Assembly (NCBI GenBank): GCA_020350205.1
Contig: CP070707.1
Location: 2,812,734 to 2,876,733 of the forward strand
Length of the DNA stretch: 64,000 nt
Direction of reading: 5' to 3'
Source: a bacterium
Lineage (GTDB): Bacteria; Calditrichota; Calditrichia; RBG-13-44-9
A program made the position numbers and the translations under genes. The notes beneath the pieces are model-generated. The model ran no database searches. It was not told where the DNA came from and saw nothing but the letters and a program-made list of their open reading frames with translations. Shown here piece by piece: positions 37,969-48,299 of the stretch. Positions within the stretch are counted from its first letter, which is position 1. Each line of letters begins with the position of its first letter.

Positions 37969-39945
37969 TTAAAATGCCTGCCGAATGGCATCCAACATTG
38001 CCGGGTCTTCCAGACTGCTCATATCCCCCGGATCTCTTCCCAGATAGACCGAACGAATCACCCGATGCATAATTTTAGCATTGCGGGTTTTGGGAAGTGC
38101 AGAAACAAATTTAATCTCTCGGGGTCTTAACGGTTTACCCAATTCTCTGGTAATCAGATCGAACAGATGATTGCGCAGGTCCTCAGGCTTTGCCACGGCC
38201 TCACTTAATACACAAAAAACGACGACCGCTTCTCCTTTCACATCATCCGGTACCCCGATAGCTGCTGAATCCGAAATCATGGCGTGGCTGTTCACGATAG
38301 ATTCTACTTCTGCCGGACCCAGCCGTTTTCCGCCAACTTTAATAGTATCATCACTTCTCCCTAAAATATACCAGAGCCCGTCTTCATCGATCGCCGCATA
38401 ATCCCCGTGATACCAGGTATCCGACTTCCTTCCCCAGTAGGTGTCCAAATACCGATTCTTATCATTCCAAAAACCGCGGGTCATTCCTATCCACGGTTGC
38501 CTGATAACAAGTTCACCCACCGCCCGACGCACAGGGTTTCCCTGATCGTCGACCACTTCAGCATCCATTCCTGGAATCGGCCCGGAAAAGGCACAGGGTT
38601 TTAGCGGTTTGAAATAATTTCCACAGAGAATTCCACCACTAATTTCCGTTCCACCGGAGTAATTGATAATTGGTTTTACTTCCTTTAACACATGCGTAAA
38701 TACCCAGCGCCAGGAATCAGGGTCCCAGGGACTTCCAGTTGAGCCCACCATTCGGAGACTGTCTAAATTGTGCTTTCGAACCGGAGCTGTCCCATGCGGC
38801 ATCAAGGCCCGGATTAAAGTCGGTGTAATTCCCAGGTGGGTTACCCGGTGTTTATCTACCAACTCCCAAATGCGACTTACGGATGGATAATCCGGTGCAC
38901 CATCAAATAAGAGCATCGTAGCACCGACCAGCAAACTTCCGAATACCTCCCAGGGCCCCATCATCCACCCCATATCGCTTATCCAAAACATAACTTCAGC
39001 GGGATGCAGATCCATGGCCTGGTACATATCCTGGGCCGCTTTAATCGGAAAACCACAATGGGTATGCACCGCGCCTTTGGGTTTTCCGGTAGTCCCGCTG
39101 GTATAGATGATCATTAAGGTATCCTCTGCCGCAGTTTTTTCGGTCTGACATTGTGAAGAGGCACCTTTTATCAAGTCCTCCCACCACAGGTCCCTGGGTC
39201 GGTTCATTGATATGCTTTTATTATGAATTCTGTCAACGATAATTACTTTTTCCACCGTAGTCACATCTTGCAGAGCCTCATCAAGAACGGGTTTCATTGC
39301 TACCTTTTTTCCCCGTCGCCACATACCATCAGCGCTGAATATAAACCGGGCACCAGCATCTTTCAATCGCATTGAAATAGCGGTCGGTCCGAATCCACTG
39401 AATAAAGGGAGAATAATTGCTCCTAATTTAATCACAGCTAAAAAAGCGATGACAAGTTCAGGAATCATGGGCATATAGAGTCCCACCACATCACCTTTTC
39501 GAATGCCAATCGATTTTAATCCATTAGCACAACGATTCACTTCACTATATAGATCACCAAAACTGAGTCGGAGTAATCTGCCTTCTTCACCTTCCCAGGA
39601 GAGTGCCAAGCGGTCTTTCCCGCTGCTTGATTGCCACTTGTCCAGCATATTATGAACGATATTCATTTTCCCATTCACGCACCAGTTCGGGAATTGTATC
39701 CCGGGGGACATGTCTACAATCTTAGAATACGGGGTGTAAAATTGAATATCGAGATCCTCCATGACTGCTTCCCAGAACCATTCCAGATCTGAGAGAGAAC
39801 GTGCCAGGAGTGAGTCGTAATCGGTGATTCCATGCCGTTCCATAAATTTCTGTAAATTACTGTTTTCGATCCATTCTTGGTTGGGGAACCAGACAATAGG
39901 TTGTCCGAAAGGAAAAGTATCTCTAGGGATAGGATGGTCTGACAT
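37969..39945 (-). CDS. AMP-dependent acyl-CoA synthetase (acetate/acetoacetate--CoA ligase-like)
   Basis: IIYTSGTTGKPKG P-loop, SGGTEISG, WYHGD, GRSDDTIK, LPKTRNAKIM. Confidence 0.9.
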   Translation of the reverse strand: MSDHPIPRDTFPFGQPIVWFPNQEWIENSNLQKFMERHGITDYDSLLARSLSDLEWFWEAVMEDLDIQFYTPYSKIVDMSPGIQFPNWCVNGKMNIVHNMLDKWQSSSGKDRLALSWEGEEGRLLRLSFGDLYSEVNRCANGLKSIGIRKGDVVGLYMPMIPELVIAFLAVIKLGAIILPLFSGFGPTAISMRLKDAGARFIFSADGMWRRGKKVAMKPVLDEALQDVTTVEKVIIVDRIHNKSISMNRPRDLWWEDLIKGASSQCQTEKTAAEDTLMIIYTSGTTGKPKGAVHTHCGFPIKAAQDMYQAMDLHPAEVMFWISDMGWMMGPWEVFGSLLVGATMLLFDGAPDYPSVSRIWELVDKHRVTHLGITPTLIRALMPHGTAPVRKHNLDSLRMVGSTGSPWDPDSWRWVFTHVLKEVKPIINYSGGTEISGGILCGNYFKPLKPCAFSGPIPGMDAEVVDDQGNPVRRAVGELVIRQPWIGMTRGFWNDKNRYLDTYWGRKSDTWYHGDYAAIDEDGLWYILGRSDDTIKVGGKRLGPAEVESIVNSHAMISDSAAIGVPDDVKGEAVVVFCVLSEAVAKPEDLRNHLFDLITRELGKPLRPREIKFVSALPKTRNAKIMHRVIRSVYLGRDPGDMSSLEDPAMLDAIRQAF

Positions 39946-40126
39946 AATCTCTCTCCCGGAATCCGGGTAAAATTTATAATTTTTCTACATTGGTTTTATG
40001 GATATTGCAAATTTATTAATTCTTTCAGTCCAATTGGAAACTGAATTTTTCTCAAACATTCCAGATTCACACACACTTAAAATCCCAAATTGAACAGGAC
40101 AAACCAGACGTGACCTGTGGTATCGA

Positions 40127-41281
40127 CTATTCCATCCAGCTATAAGGATATTTAGAATCATCGATTTCCAGGGCAGCCCGACCAATTTTTAAGGGCTTGA
40201 AGGTGTCCAGCATCACGGCATATTCTTCGGTTTTGGTTTCACCAATAGCTGCTTCATAACGACCGGGATGAGGACCATGAGAAATTCCATGAGGATGGAT
40301 GGTTATCGAACCTTCACTCACTCCTTTTCGACTCATAAAATTTCCTTCCACATAATACAGAACCTCATCGCTGTCAATATTACGATGATTATAAGGTGTG
40401 GGAATAGCCAGCTCATGGAAATCGAATAAGCGGGGACAAAAAGAACATATCACAAATCCCGGCGCTTCAAAGGTCTGATGAACAGGAGGAGGCTGATGCA
40501 CTTTGCCCACTATCGGCATGAAATCCTTGATATTAAAGATCCAGGGATAGTAAAACCCATCCCATCCAACAATATCGAAAGGATGATGGGCAAAGGTCAA
40601 TTCCTGTATACCATTCCCAAGTTTTAATAAAAACAGGAATTCTCCCTCCTCATCCCTGGGCTCCTGGATTTCCGGGATTCGGATATCTCTCTCACAATAA
40701 GGGGAATGTTCCAGTAATTGGCCATAATCGTTACGGTACCGTTGGGGTGTATCAATCATTCCGGCAGACTCCATAATCAGCAATCTCGTGTCATCTGCTT
40801 CCAGTGTTAAGCGATACATGACACCACGCGGAATAACGATATAATCTCCGGGTCCATATGGCATATTTCCGAAGATGCTCACCAGCTGACCTTTTCCATG
40901 ATGAACAAAAATCAGTTCATCCCCAATTCCGTTACGGTACAGAAATTCACCCTGCTCTTTCGGAGCAGCCGTAAATAGGGCCACATCACTATTGAACGCC
41001 AGCAGTTGCCGACCACTAATCCAGTTTCCGGATGGTTTAAATTTCAAGGTTTCCAGATGCCGGTTGCGATGCGGTTGGTCCGTGACCGATTCATACTTTA
41101 TCGGTTTGAAATCACCCACACCCGAAATCCGGGTTGGGGGTCGCAGATGATACATATTAGTATAAATACCGGAAAAACCTGCCCGACTTACCAGCTGTTC
41201 ATGATAGAGTTTTCCCTCTCTATCCCGATGTTGAGTATGACGTTTAGGCGGAATATTTCCCTGTCTCACGTAAAATGGCAT
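40127..41281 (-). CDS. hmgA: Homogentisate 1,2-dioxygenase
   Basis: G.IPPKRHTQ, HPFDIVGWDG, VHQPPPVHQTF, PYNHRNIDSDEVLYY, HPHGISHGPHPG. Confidence 0.95.
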   Translation of the reverse strand: MPFYVRQGNIPPKRHTQHRDREGKLYHEQLVSRAGFSGIYTNMYHLRPPTRISGVGDFKPIKYESVTDQPHRNRHLETLKFKPSGNWISGRQLLAFNSDVALFTAAPKEQGEFLYRNGIGDELIFVHHGKGQLVSIFGNMPYGPGDYIVIPRGVMYRLTLEADDTRLLIMESAGMIDTPQRYRNDYGQLLEHSPYCERDIRIPEIQEPRDEEGEFLFLLKLGNGIQELTFAHHPFDIVGWDGFYYPWIFNIKDFMPIVGKVHQPPPVHQTFEAPGFVICSFCPRLFDFHELAIPTPYNHRNIDSDEVLYYVEGNFMSRKGVSEGSITIHPHGISHGPHPGRYEAAIGETKTEEYAVMLDTFKPLKIGRAALEIDDSKYPYSWME

Positions 41282-41307
41282 GAATTTCTCCTTACCTAAA
41301 TGGTTAC

Positions 41308-42399
41308 CTATAAATTTCCCCGCTTGGCCTGTTCGCGCTCAATCGCCTCAAATAGTGCTTTGAAGTTCCCTTTACCAAAACTTTTCGAACCTTTTCTCTC
41401 GATGACTTCATAAAACAGGGTCGGACGGTCCTGCACCGGTTTGGTAAATATTTGTAGCATGTATCCAAACTCATCAATATCCACCAGGATTCCCAGTTTT
41501 TTAAGATCATTCATATTTTCATCAATTTTACCCACCCGTTTACTTAATTCCTCATAATAAGCTGGTGGAGTGTCTAAAAATTCTACCCCCTTTGCTTGAA
41601 GCTGGGTAATGGTTTTTACAATATCATTCGTATACATGGCAATATGCTGAATACCGGGACCGGAATAATATTCCACAAATTCCTGTATTTGCGATTTTTT
41701 TAAACCGACAGCCGGCCGGTTGATGGGCATTTTAATCACTTCTGTAGGATCGGCCACCACAATCGATCTCAAGGCACTGTACTCAGTGGCTACATCTTTA
41801 TCGTCAGCACTCCAGAAACGGTGAAATCCAAGCACATCTTCATACCATTCCGCGATTCGCTGCATTTGATTTTCCGGCTGATTACCCACAAAATGATCGA
41901 TATGTGTCAAGCCCACGGATTGTGTTTCAAGTGGCGATTGGTATTCCTTAAATTGGGGCAGGAATATTCCCTTGTAATTCTGGCGTTCCACAAAGGTATG
42001 TATGGTATCGCCATACGTACGAATAGACGCAGTGATAACTTTTCCAAATTCGTCAGAAGCGGATTTGGGATCGAATACAGATTCGGCACCGCGATTGATC
42101 GCATACTTCCAGGCTTTCTTGGCATCATCCACTGTAAAGGCTACATCTTTTACCCCATCGCCATGCTGAATAAGGTGGATGTTAAGGGGGGAGTTGGCCA
42201 TAAGGGGCGAGGTAAAAATAAACCGAATTTCACCTTGACGCAAGGCATAGGAGACCTTTTCCCGGTCACCGGTCTCCAGGCCCCGATAAGCGTAGGGCTC
42301 AAAGCCAAACTGATTCTGATAATAGTGAGATGCCTGTTTGGCATTACCTACAATCAGTTCAATATAATCAACTCCAAAAATACGATAGGTTTCTGTCAT
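41308..42399 (-). CDS. hppD: 4-hydroxyphenylpyruvate dioxygenase
   Basis: HGDGVKDVAF, IDHFVGN, KSQIQEF, GIQHIA, LQIFTKP, GFGKGNF-like SFGKGNFKALFEAIEREQ. Confidence 0.97.
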   Translation of the reverse strand: MTETYRIFGVDYIELIVGNAKQASHYYQNQFGFEPYAYRGLETGDREKVSYALRQGEIRFIFTSPLMANSPLNIHLIQHGDGVKDVAFTVDDAKKAWKYAINRGAESVFDPKSASDEFGKVITASIRTYGDTIHTFVERQNYKGIFLPQFKEYQSPLETQSVGLTHIDHFVGNQPENQMQRIAEWYEDVLGFHRFWSADDKDVATEYSALRSIVVADPTEVIKMPINRPAVGLKKSQIQEFVEYYSGPGIQHIAMYTNDIVKTITQLQAKGVEFLDTPPAYYEELSKRVGKIDENMNDLKKLGILVDIDEFGYMLQIFTKPVQDRPTLFYEVIERKGSKSFGKGNFKALFEAIEREQAKRGNL

Positions 42400-42750
42400 A
42401 AAAATGGACCTCCTTAAACAAAATCAATGAAAAAAGGATTGTTCACTCGCGTTTTAAATACCCGGGGACAAAATCCTGTTCTTAGATCTAATCTTTCACT
42501 TCAATGAGATTCTGGAAATATGTAATCCAAGCAAAAGTGGGTTATCACTATAGACAACAAGTAAATTCTCTTCTAAAAATTCCATATTAAAATTAACTCA
42601 TGGTAAATGCAAGGCTTTTTTAGTGGTTTAATTATATAAGTTGCTGATTTGATAGTTGGCAGGAATTTCACCTTGATTCATTCTCCCTTTTAACCAATAT
42701 TTATGTAATCTGAAGGGTTAAGAAAGAAACTTCTTACATAGGCCACAATC

Positions 42751-43914
42751 ATGACTCAATTTAAGACTCAAAATAAAACTGCTGATTTCGACCGGGCCGA
42801 AGTAAATCATTTAACTTCACCCCGACAAATACGATCGGGAAAGAACAAAATGACAAATAGCCCCCCTGCCAAACCCATCTATCCCTTCTTCCCCAGAACG
42901 TTCTCGCAATTGGTCAACCTCTTAAAAATTGGTATGAGTCTGGGAGTGTCTTTAGTGCTGCGCAGGCCATACATATGGGGAAATCCAGTGATTGCTCATA
43001 TCGAACCAACCAGCCTATGCAATTTGCACTGTCCATTATGTCCCTCAGGAACCGGTGAATTAACCCGTCAGCGCACCAAATTGAATTTCGACCAGTTTAA
43101 AATAATTATGGATAAAATTCCTCCTACTGTACGGATGTTATTACTGTGGAATCAGGGTGAACCCTTCATGGTGAAAGATTTTCTGCAGATGGTTTCATTT
43201 GCCAGACAGAAAAAACTATATATAGTAACCAGTACCAATGGACATTTTTTCCATAATTTAGAAACCGCAAAAAAAATTGTACAATCGGGAATTGATGAAC
43301 TGATTGTTTCTCTGGATGGCGCTGATCAGGAAAGTTATCAAAAGTATCGCATCGGAGGGAATCTGTCAAGAGTTATTCAAGGAATAAAAAACCTGTCAGC
43401 TGCAAAAGATCAATTGAATCTGAACAAACCGCTTATCCATTTACAATTTATTCTCATGAAACATAATATTGTGCAGCGAGATCAAATGATTGATCTAGGA
43501 CGGGAAATGGGAGCCGATAAACTATCTTTCAAAACGCTGCAGATGGTCAACCGGCAACGAGGAAATCAATACCTTCCCGAAGACCAAAGATTCACCCGCT
43601 ACAGACCATTGACAGATACGGAACCACCTCAAACAAAAAAGAGGCGATTTTTCGCTAATGATTGTTTGCGGTTGTGGTATAGTATGGTTATCAATTGTGA
43701 TGGGCAAGTTTCGCCCTGTTGTTTTGACAAGGATGCGGAATTTCCAGTGGGCAACTTATTAACTCAATCATTTGCTTCGATTTGGCGGGGTGAACAATTC
43801 AGAAAGTTTCGTCGGAAGTTACTGGATTCTCGATTCGAATTGGAAATGTGTCAGGACTGTACGGAAGGAGTTCAAAATTTGTTTACAGAAACGATTGACT
43901 ATCGTAAAAATTAA
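42751..43914 (+). CDS. Radical SAM protein with a SPASM/twitch domain
   Basis: CNLHCPLC (CxxxCxxC), NQGEPF, STNG, and the C-terminal C...W..MVIN.DG.VSPCC ... C..C cluster. Start may be at the downstream ATG. Confidence 0.92.
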   Translation: MTQFKTQNKTADFDRAEVNHLTSPRQIRSGKNKMTNSPPAKPIYPFFPRTFSQLVNLLKIGMSLGVSLVLRRPYIWGNPVIAHIEPTSLCNLHCPLCPSGTGELTRQRTKLNFDQFKIIMDKIPPTVRMLLLWNQGEPFMVKDFLQMVSFARQKKLYIVTSTNGHFFHNLETAKKIVQSGIDELIVSLDGADQESYQKYRIGGNLSRVIQGIKNLSAAKDQLNLNKPLIHLQFILMKHNIVQRDQMIDLGREMGADKLSFKTLQMVNRQRGNQYLPEDQRFTRYRPLTDTEPPQTKKRRFFANDCLRLWYSMVINCDGQVSPCCFDKDAEFPVGNLLTQSFASIWRGEQFRKFRRKLLDSRFELEMCQDCTEGVQNLFTETIDYRKN

Positions 43915-44190
43915 TTCATCCAGCTATGAACCGGTATATAATAATCCGGCGTATTAAAAAGGGGAAAATGTAAAACAAGTAATTTCAGAGGGAAAATGTG
44001 TGTCTTAAATCTAAAAATAGCTGTAAAAATCCCTTTTTATTTTTTCTCAAAAAATTCCTTGCACCTAATCATCTCAAAATTTAATTTCAATAGTTAAGTC
44101 AAGTAACCCGGATTTTACTCACCTGGATATCAAAAATAGTGATGTAAATCCATATGTTACATATGTTTAATAAAGCATGAGGTAAGTACT

Positions 44191-44391
44191 TTGGAAAAAG
44201 GTGTCGTAAAGTGGTTTAATGGGCAAAAGGGCTATGGATTCATTAGTCGCGAAAATGGTGATGACGTATTTGTTCATTTTTCTGCAATTGAGTCAGAAGG
44301 ATATCGCACTCTGAATGAGGGGGATGAAGTAGAATTTGAAGTCACCGATGGTCCTAAAGGTTTACAAGCGACCAATGTCAAAAAAGTTTAG
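44191..44391 (+). CDS. csp: Cold-shock protein (CspA family)
   Basis: [24 protein letters not shown]; TTG start with RBS GAGGT. Confidence 0.97.
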   Translation: MEKGVVKWFNGQKGYGFISRENGDDVFVHFSAIESEGYRTLNEGDEVEFEVTDGPKGLQATNVKKV

Positions 44392-44414
44392 TTAGACAAT
44401 AACCACAAAAGCGT

Positions 44415-44444
44415 AACCCCGGTAGTATCACCGGGGTTTTTTTT
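44415..44444 (+). terminator. Rho-independent terminator of csp
   Basis: AACCCCGGT-AGTATC-ACCGGGGTT followed by a T run. Confidence 0.88.
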
Positions 44445-44556
44445 GTATAATTTTAGATGATTCTCAATATTCCAGTTATATTGATAGAAACTAACCTTTG
44501 TGAGAACGGCGATTTTTTTTAAATTTACTCTGTCCAAACAAATACAGGAGTCTCCT

Positions 44557-45288
44557 ATGAAAATGTTTTTAATCCTATTGATGACACTCGTCCTTTGCCA
44601 GATCTTGTGGGCACAGGATGCCGTTAAATCGGATGTCCACTTATTTCAGACGTTTTTAAGAGACGCTCCGATCTCCAGCAGCGGTTACGGCGAGTTTGGT
44701 GTAGCTTACTTAAATTATGATTTTTTAAATCAAACTTCCCTGGGTTTACAGGGGGGATATCCCATCAATGAAAAAATTGAGATTGATGTGGGTTTGGGAT
44801 TTTTATTCATGAATCCAGATTTTGCTGATAACCAATCTGGACTTTCCGACATTGCCGTCACAGGTCGTTACTTGATAGTTGAAGATAATAAGAATCTTTC
44901 TGCTGGCGGCTATCTGACTTTACCCGTGGGAAGCAATGATTTATGGGGACAAAACAGATTTAATTTCGGGGCGTTTGCTGCAATTCGCCAGCCTTTAAAT
45001 GAAAAATTTGTGTTTACAGGCGTTTTAGGATTGGATTTTCTGGAGATTGGCAACGATCATGAAGCAGCAATTCTTATTAATATCGGGACAATATATGCAA
45101 TGAATGAGAAACTGCATCTGGTCGGTGAATTGAAATTTCAGAGTAGAGTGGATTATGTCCTGCTCTCCGGAGGCGCAGACTATTCATTGAACGAAAAAGG
45201 AAGAATACGAGGTGCCCTTGGGTTTGGGTTGGATGATGGTGCACCAGATTTCATGATTATGGGAAGTTATATGTTATTTCTTCGTTAA
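44557..45288 (+). CDS. Outer-membrane beta-barrel protein (hypothetical)
   Basis: ATG 44557 with RBS AGGAG gives a signal peptide. Alternating beta-strand pattern, SGLSDI.V.GRY, and an aromatic-rich C-terminal strand. Confidence 0.72.
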   Translation: MKMFLILLMTLVLCQILWAQDAVKSDVHLFQTFLRDAPISSSGYGEFGVAYLNYDFLNQTSLGLQGGYPINEKIEIDVGLGFLFMNPDFADNQSGLSDIAVTGRYLIVEDNKNLSAGGYLTLPVGSNDLWGQNRFNFGAFAAIRQPLNEKFVFTGVLGLDFLEIGNDHEAAILINIGTIYAMNEKLHLVGELKFQSRVDYVLLSGGADYSLNEKGRIRGALGFGLDDGAPDFMIMGSYMLFLR

Positions 45289-45339
45289 TCAGTACGATAC
45301 ATATACAATCAGCCGCAAATTTAATATATATGAATATAA

Positions 45340-45382
45340 AATTCCCCTCCCCTTACAAATGTTTAGACCGGGGAGGGGAATT
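45340..45382. repeat. Long hairpin between convergent genes (bidirectional terminator or REP-like)
   Basis: Perfect 13-bp stem AATTCCCCTCCCC / GGGGAGGGGAATT with a 17-nt loop. Confidence 0.65.
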
Positions 45383-45407
45383 GATTTTCTGGATATATAA
45401 TTTCGCA

Positions 45408-47600
45408 CTAAGCTAGTGTAATATAGACAATTTTACCTTTCCATGTGAACTTGATTTGTTCTCCCAAACTCAGAATTTTGGCCAGTTCCGAATTCGACTC
45501 CAGGAATTGAAAATATTCATCACTCAAGAATTTTATTTTAGAGTCCGCCTCTGTTTGCAGTGATAATCCTTCCTCAATCCAGATACCACTCCGCAGGGTA
45601 AATGTACGAGCGCCAATACGCTGCACCGTAAGCAGCATGTCCACCTCTGTTTCTCCGACGGCCAGCTTTTTAAGAGCTCTGCTGGAATATACCGCACCTT
45701 TACCAGCTGATTGTTCAACCGCAAGCGGAAGACTGGCCATGGCGTCGTAAAATGCCTCAGATCCGACACTTTCATCATCTTCTTCTGCTCTGGCTTCTCT
45801 TGATTTCTGGCGCGAATAAATTAGTACTTGAGAAACACCTCTAGATCCTTCCTGAATCTGTTCATTAATATGAGCTAACTCCTGTTGCTGTTCCTTAACC
45901 AGATAAGAGGTATAAGGCGTTATAATACCATATTCTTTGCCGAGAGTTTTTATACTCTCGATAAATTCAGGATTTTCCCCATGGAACCGAATTTCCGACA
46001 ATAAATGATGCACCTTGCGATTAGCCCACAACTTAGCTACAAATTCATTTTCACTTTCCCGCTCCGCAAACTGAACCTGATAAGTATATTTTTTGGTGCG
46101 GTCACCCTGCCTGCCAACTAGGTGTATACGGGCCTGACCATGATTTCGGTATCGGCCCAGAAGAGTCAGTCGCTCCCCCTGATATACATCTGCAATTTGC
46201 ATTGGGTAGATATCCTCTACCTGGACACCTTCAAAATCAATACTGACATCAGTCAGGACTGGATTTGATATTTTGTTAAACAGAGAAGATATCGCGGATT
46301 CAATTGTTTCCTCCGGTTTAACATATTGAGTTCGACCACGACTATCCTCCGAAATTTTATCCAGTAAAAATGTATTCACATCAAAACCGACCCCGAATGT
46401 GAAGATTCGGATAAATTCTTTTCGAACTTTCTTTACATTGTTCAGAATATTACCAATCCCTGTTTCTCCTTCAGTTGGCAATCCGTCAGTTAAAAAAATG
46501 ATATCGGTGGAGCGATTATCTTTCTGACTTTTCATTGCCAATGCTTTCTGCAGGGCTTCGTCAATATTGGTTCCTCCCGAGGCAGATAGATTGTCGATGA
46601 AATATTGGGCATTTTTTTTCGCTCCCTCCCGGGCATGGACCCACTGTCCCTGAAAATAATTCAGGGTTGAACTGAACGTAATAATGTCAAATCGGTCCTC
46701 TGATTGTAAGGATTCCACACAAAATTTTAATGCCTGGCGAGCCTGGCGAATTTTCTCACCCTGCATGCTACCAGAAACATCCATGACAAAAATAACATCT
46801 TTCGAGATCCGGGCAGGCGTTGATATTTCCTGATTTGGATTCAGCAAAAGAATGAAGAATCCATTTCGATCAGTTCGGGGTCGAAATGAAAGTAGTGTAT
46901 GTTGGATCTCCTCCCGGGAGACTGAGTAATAGAGAACAAAATCTCTGTCCGTCTCTTTTTCCTCCAGAGTAACCCGGGCTATTGCGGGTCCGGAATGATC
47001 TATTTCTATGGTGTGTGAAGGTGAAAAAATATTGCCAATCGTATTTTGCTCCCGGATGGTTAACGAGAGATAAAAGTTATCGGTGTTTTCAATTCCAATC
47101 TGCCGGACAGGAAAGATAAATTTAAAATCTCTTTGTTGGTATTGTAGAATCTGGGCGTATGAAAATTCAATTTTCCGCTCATCCCGGGGTTCTATCGGAA
47201 AAATACGAGCTTTGAAAATTCCATAACCTGCATACTCCAATAAAGCCGGATCACGCAGCGATCTAACAATATTTCGGTATATTTCAGCGGCTTCCTTACC
47301 GTCCAGCAACTCTCCCTTTACTTTTTCGCCATCCACATAGAGGTGAAAATCATAAATTTGGGCTTCACCGGGTAACATAAATACATACTCACCCTCCAGA
47401 CGTTGCGAGGAAGGATTAAAAAATACCTGTTCTACCTTTACTGTGGCGATACCACTACGAACATCCGCTATGGCTTTTGTCGATCGCAACTCTATTTTCG
47501 CAGAAGTTAAACGACCTGGAATCTCAGGCATGATAATCCGCCCCTGTGAATAGGCCAGAGACACCCCCATCAACATTACATAGAGAATTGACTTCATCAT
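45408..47600 (-). CDS. VIT + von Willebrand factor A domain protein (exported)
   Basis: VIT-like VEQVFFNP..LEGEY.F.LP..A.I..F, MIDAS motif DVSGSM.G.K, GGTN and FLTDG. ATG 47600 has RBS AAGGAG and a signal peptide. Confidence 0.9.
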   Translation of the reverse strand: MMKSILYVMLMGVSLAYSQGRIIMPEIPGRLTSAKIELRSTKAIADVRSGIATVKVEQVFFNPSSQRLEGEYVFMLPGEAQIYDFHLYVDGEKVKGELLDGKEAAEIYRNIVRSLRDPALLEYAGYGIFKARIFPIEPRDERKIEFSYAQILQYQQRDFKFIFPVRQIGIENTDNFYLSLTIREQNTIGNIFSPSHTIEIDHSGPAIARVTLEEKETDRDFVLYYSVSREEIQHTLLSFRPRTDRNGFFILLLNPNQEISTPARISKDVIFVMDVSGSMQGEKIRQARQALKFCVESLQSEDRFDIITFSSTLNYFQGQWVHAREGAKKNAQYFIDNLSASGGTNIDEALQKALAMKSQKDNRSTDIIFLTDGLPTEGETGIGNILNNVKKVRKEFIRIFTFGVGFDVNTFLLDKISEDSRGRTQYVKPEETIESAISSLFNKISNPVLTDVSIDFEGVQVEDIYPMQIADVYQGERLTLLGRYRNHGQARIHLVGRQGDRTKKYTYQVQFAERESENEFVAKLWANRKVHHLLSEIRFHGENPEFIESIKTLGKEYGIITPYTSYLVKEQQQELAHINEQIQEGSRGVSQVLIYSRQKSREARAEEDDESVGSEAFYDAMASLPLAVEQSAGKGAVYSSRALKKLAVGETEVDMLLTVQRIGARTFTLRSGIWIEEGLSLQTEADSKIKFLSDEYFQFLESNSELAKILSLGEQIKFTWKGKIVYITLA

Positions 47601-47717
47601 AATCTCCTTTTCTTTTGTGGTACACTCTATCCTTGACATTTTTCTCACAAAATCCTAATTTTATAAGTGCCGCGATTTACCATCTGCCTATTAATGACAT
47701 TAATGAGAGAAAGGTAA

Positions 47718-48299
47718 ATGCTCAAATTTTCTGGTTCGCGTGAGAAGGAATATATTCAGCGAATTAAAACTGATGACCGTACTGTTTTGGGTGAACTTTT
47801 TATTGAGTACCAGCGAATGATCTATGGCTATATTTTGAAGAATGGGGGCAATAAAAATGATGCAGAGGATGTTCTGCAGGAGACGATTATTGTGCTATGG
47901 CAAAAGGTGAATTCGGATTCCTTACAGTTAACAGTTAAACTCGGAACCTATTTGATGGCAATCGCAAAAAACAAGTGGATGGCCGAATTAAGAAAAAGGA
48001 ATAGAATCGTATCACAGGAGATTCCTGATCATATCCCGGATGGAAATCCAAACTCTCTGGAGAGTTTGCTCAGTAAAGAAAAAATTGAATCAGTTAGAAT
48101 GGCACTTGAAATGCTGCAACCGATTTGTAAAAAATTATTGCTTCTGTATTATTTTGAAGAGAAAAGTATGAAGGAAATTTCCAAAATCCTCAACCTGGCC
48201 AACACGGATGTGGCCAAATCGAAAAAATACCAGTGTAAAAAGAATCTCGAGGAAATTTTGGAAGATCACTTAAATGAGTCTGAGGGAGATATCGAATGA
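47718..48299 (+). CDS. ECF sigma-70 factor
   Basis: Region 2 DAEDVLQETII.LW...TYL..IAKNKW; region 4 L.P.C..LL.LYYFE.KS.KEI. Confidence 0.92.
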   Translation: MLKFSGSREKEYIQRIKTDDRTVLGELFIEYQRMIYGYILKNGGNKNDAEDVLQETIIVLWQKVNSDSLQLTVKLGTYLMAIAKNKWMAELRKRNRIVSQEIPDHIPDGNPNSLESLLSKEKIESVRMALEMLQPICKKLLLLYYFEEKSMKEISKILNLANTDVAKSKKYQCKKNLEEILEDHLNESEGDIE

